A stretch of DNA of 63,509 nt, the filler included, from Folioceros fuciformis (lineage: Eukaryota), in assembly GCA_049999805.1 (NCBI GenBank). It is 9 parts of 9 records of this genome, joined end to end, with 100 filler letters (N's around TTAATTAATTAA, not from the genome) between each part and the next. Parts side by side here need not be neighbours in the genome. Positions count along the whole stretch, not along the records: positions 58,369 to 63,509 come from JBNGIO010002908.1; 8 more parts are not named here. One strand, 5' to 3'. The translations under genes and the position numbers were made by a program. This document shows positions 63,051-63,509 of the stretch, one piece after another (the first letter of the stretch is position 1; each line of letters starts with the position of its first letter). The notes under the pieces are model-generated. The model was not told the origin of the DNA. It saw only the letters and a list, made by a program, of their open reading frames with translations, and searched no databases.

Positions 63051-63509
63051 CACAACCCTCCGCCACCCATCTAGGGGGGTTGATGATCACGTGCTCGCAA
63101 TTTGAATCCCTAGTACGATCTATAACAACCACATCAACAACACAAACCTATTTCCCCGTAAAGGAAAAAAAAGGTCAGCTGTCAAGCATGATTGTGTGCT
63201 ATCGCTTAGATGCATGCAAATAGTAATTAGTTAATAATTAAGTGATGCTAATAAATAGCATTAGTGGTCATTAATGACTATTTAGTGAAGGTGATTAGAA
63301 AATATAATATAATATAATATAATATTAGCTAGATAAACATATAACTAGATGTGTGGATATGGTTGCAGCAAGTCTCAAGTAGCAGGCATAAAAGCTTAGC
63401 TCAACTGTGTTCGCTATAGTTGTAAGCTTGTATTCTCTTTGCATTCTGTGGAATAGGCTGAAATTAAGGGAGCATTCTCTTGAGTGCATCCTCTTGGAAG
63501 TGCATTCTC

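Noticed and set aside
62720-63223. Three overlapping repeat-protein ORFs
   Set aside because: These are a by-product of a stop-free 37-bp repeat; there is no other coding evidence.

Overview
This is eukaryotic plant-type DNA (a myosin VIII relic and a PGG-domain gene are present; the species cannot be determined). It is mostly nested, decayed retrotransposons in about ten contigs joined by 100-nt N spacers, eight of which carry an artificial TTAATTAATTAA linker, so adjacency across gaps is not trustworthy. It contains more than ten Ty1/copia fragments with short (~200 bp) LTRs and tRNA-iMet PBSs, one near-intact copia gag-pol (16.8-21.2 kb), three L1-type LINE copies, several long TGTGG-starting LTRs and two solo LTRs with 5-bp TSDs. 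Host-type sequence is limited to an intact single-exon PGG-domain ORF and a myosin VIII pseudogene. The main candidate discovery is one copia lineage (Gag motif KE(K/R)DRFNG) with two accessory ORFs conserved at protein level between diverged copies. The first is an antisense ORF between pol and the 3' LTR, encoding an N-terminal transmembrane helix plus a coiled-coil-like domain (16.4, 33.2-33.7 and 61.9-62.4 kb). The second is a sense ORF between the PBS and gag (12.1-12.8 and 27.8-28.4 kb). All alignments were done by eye, no database search was run, and novelty is unverified.
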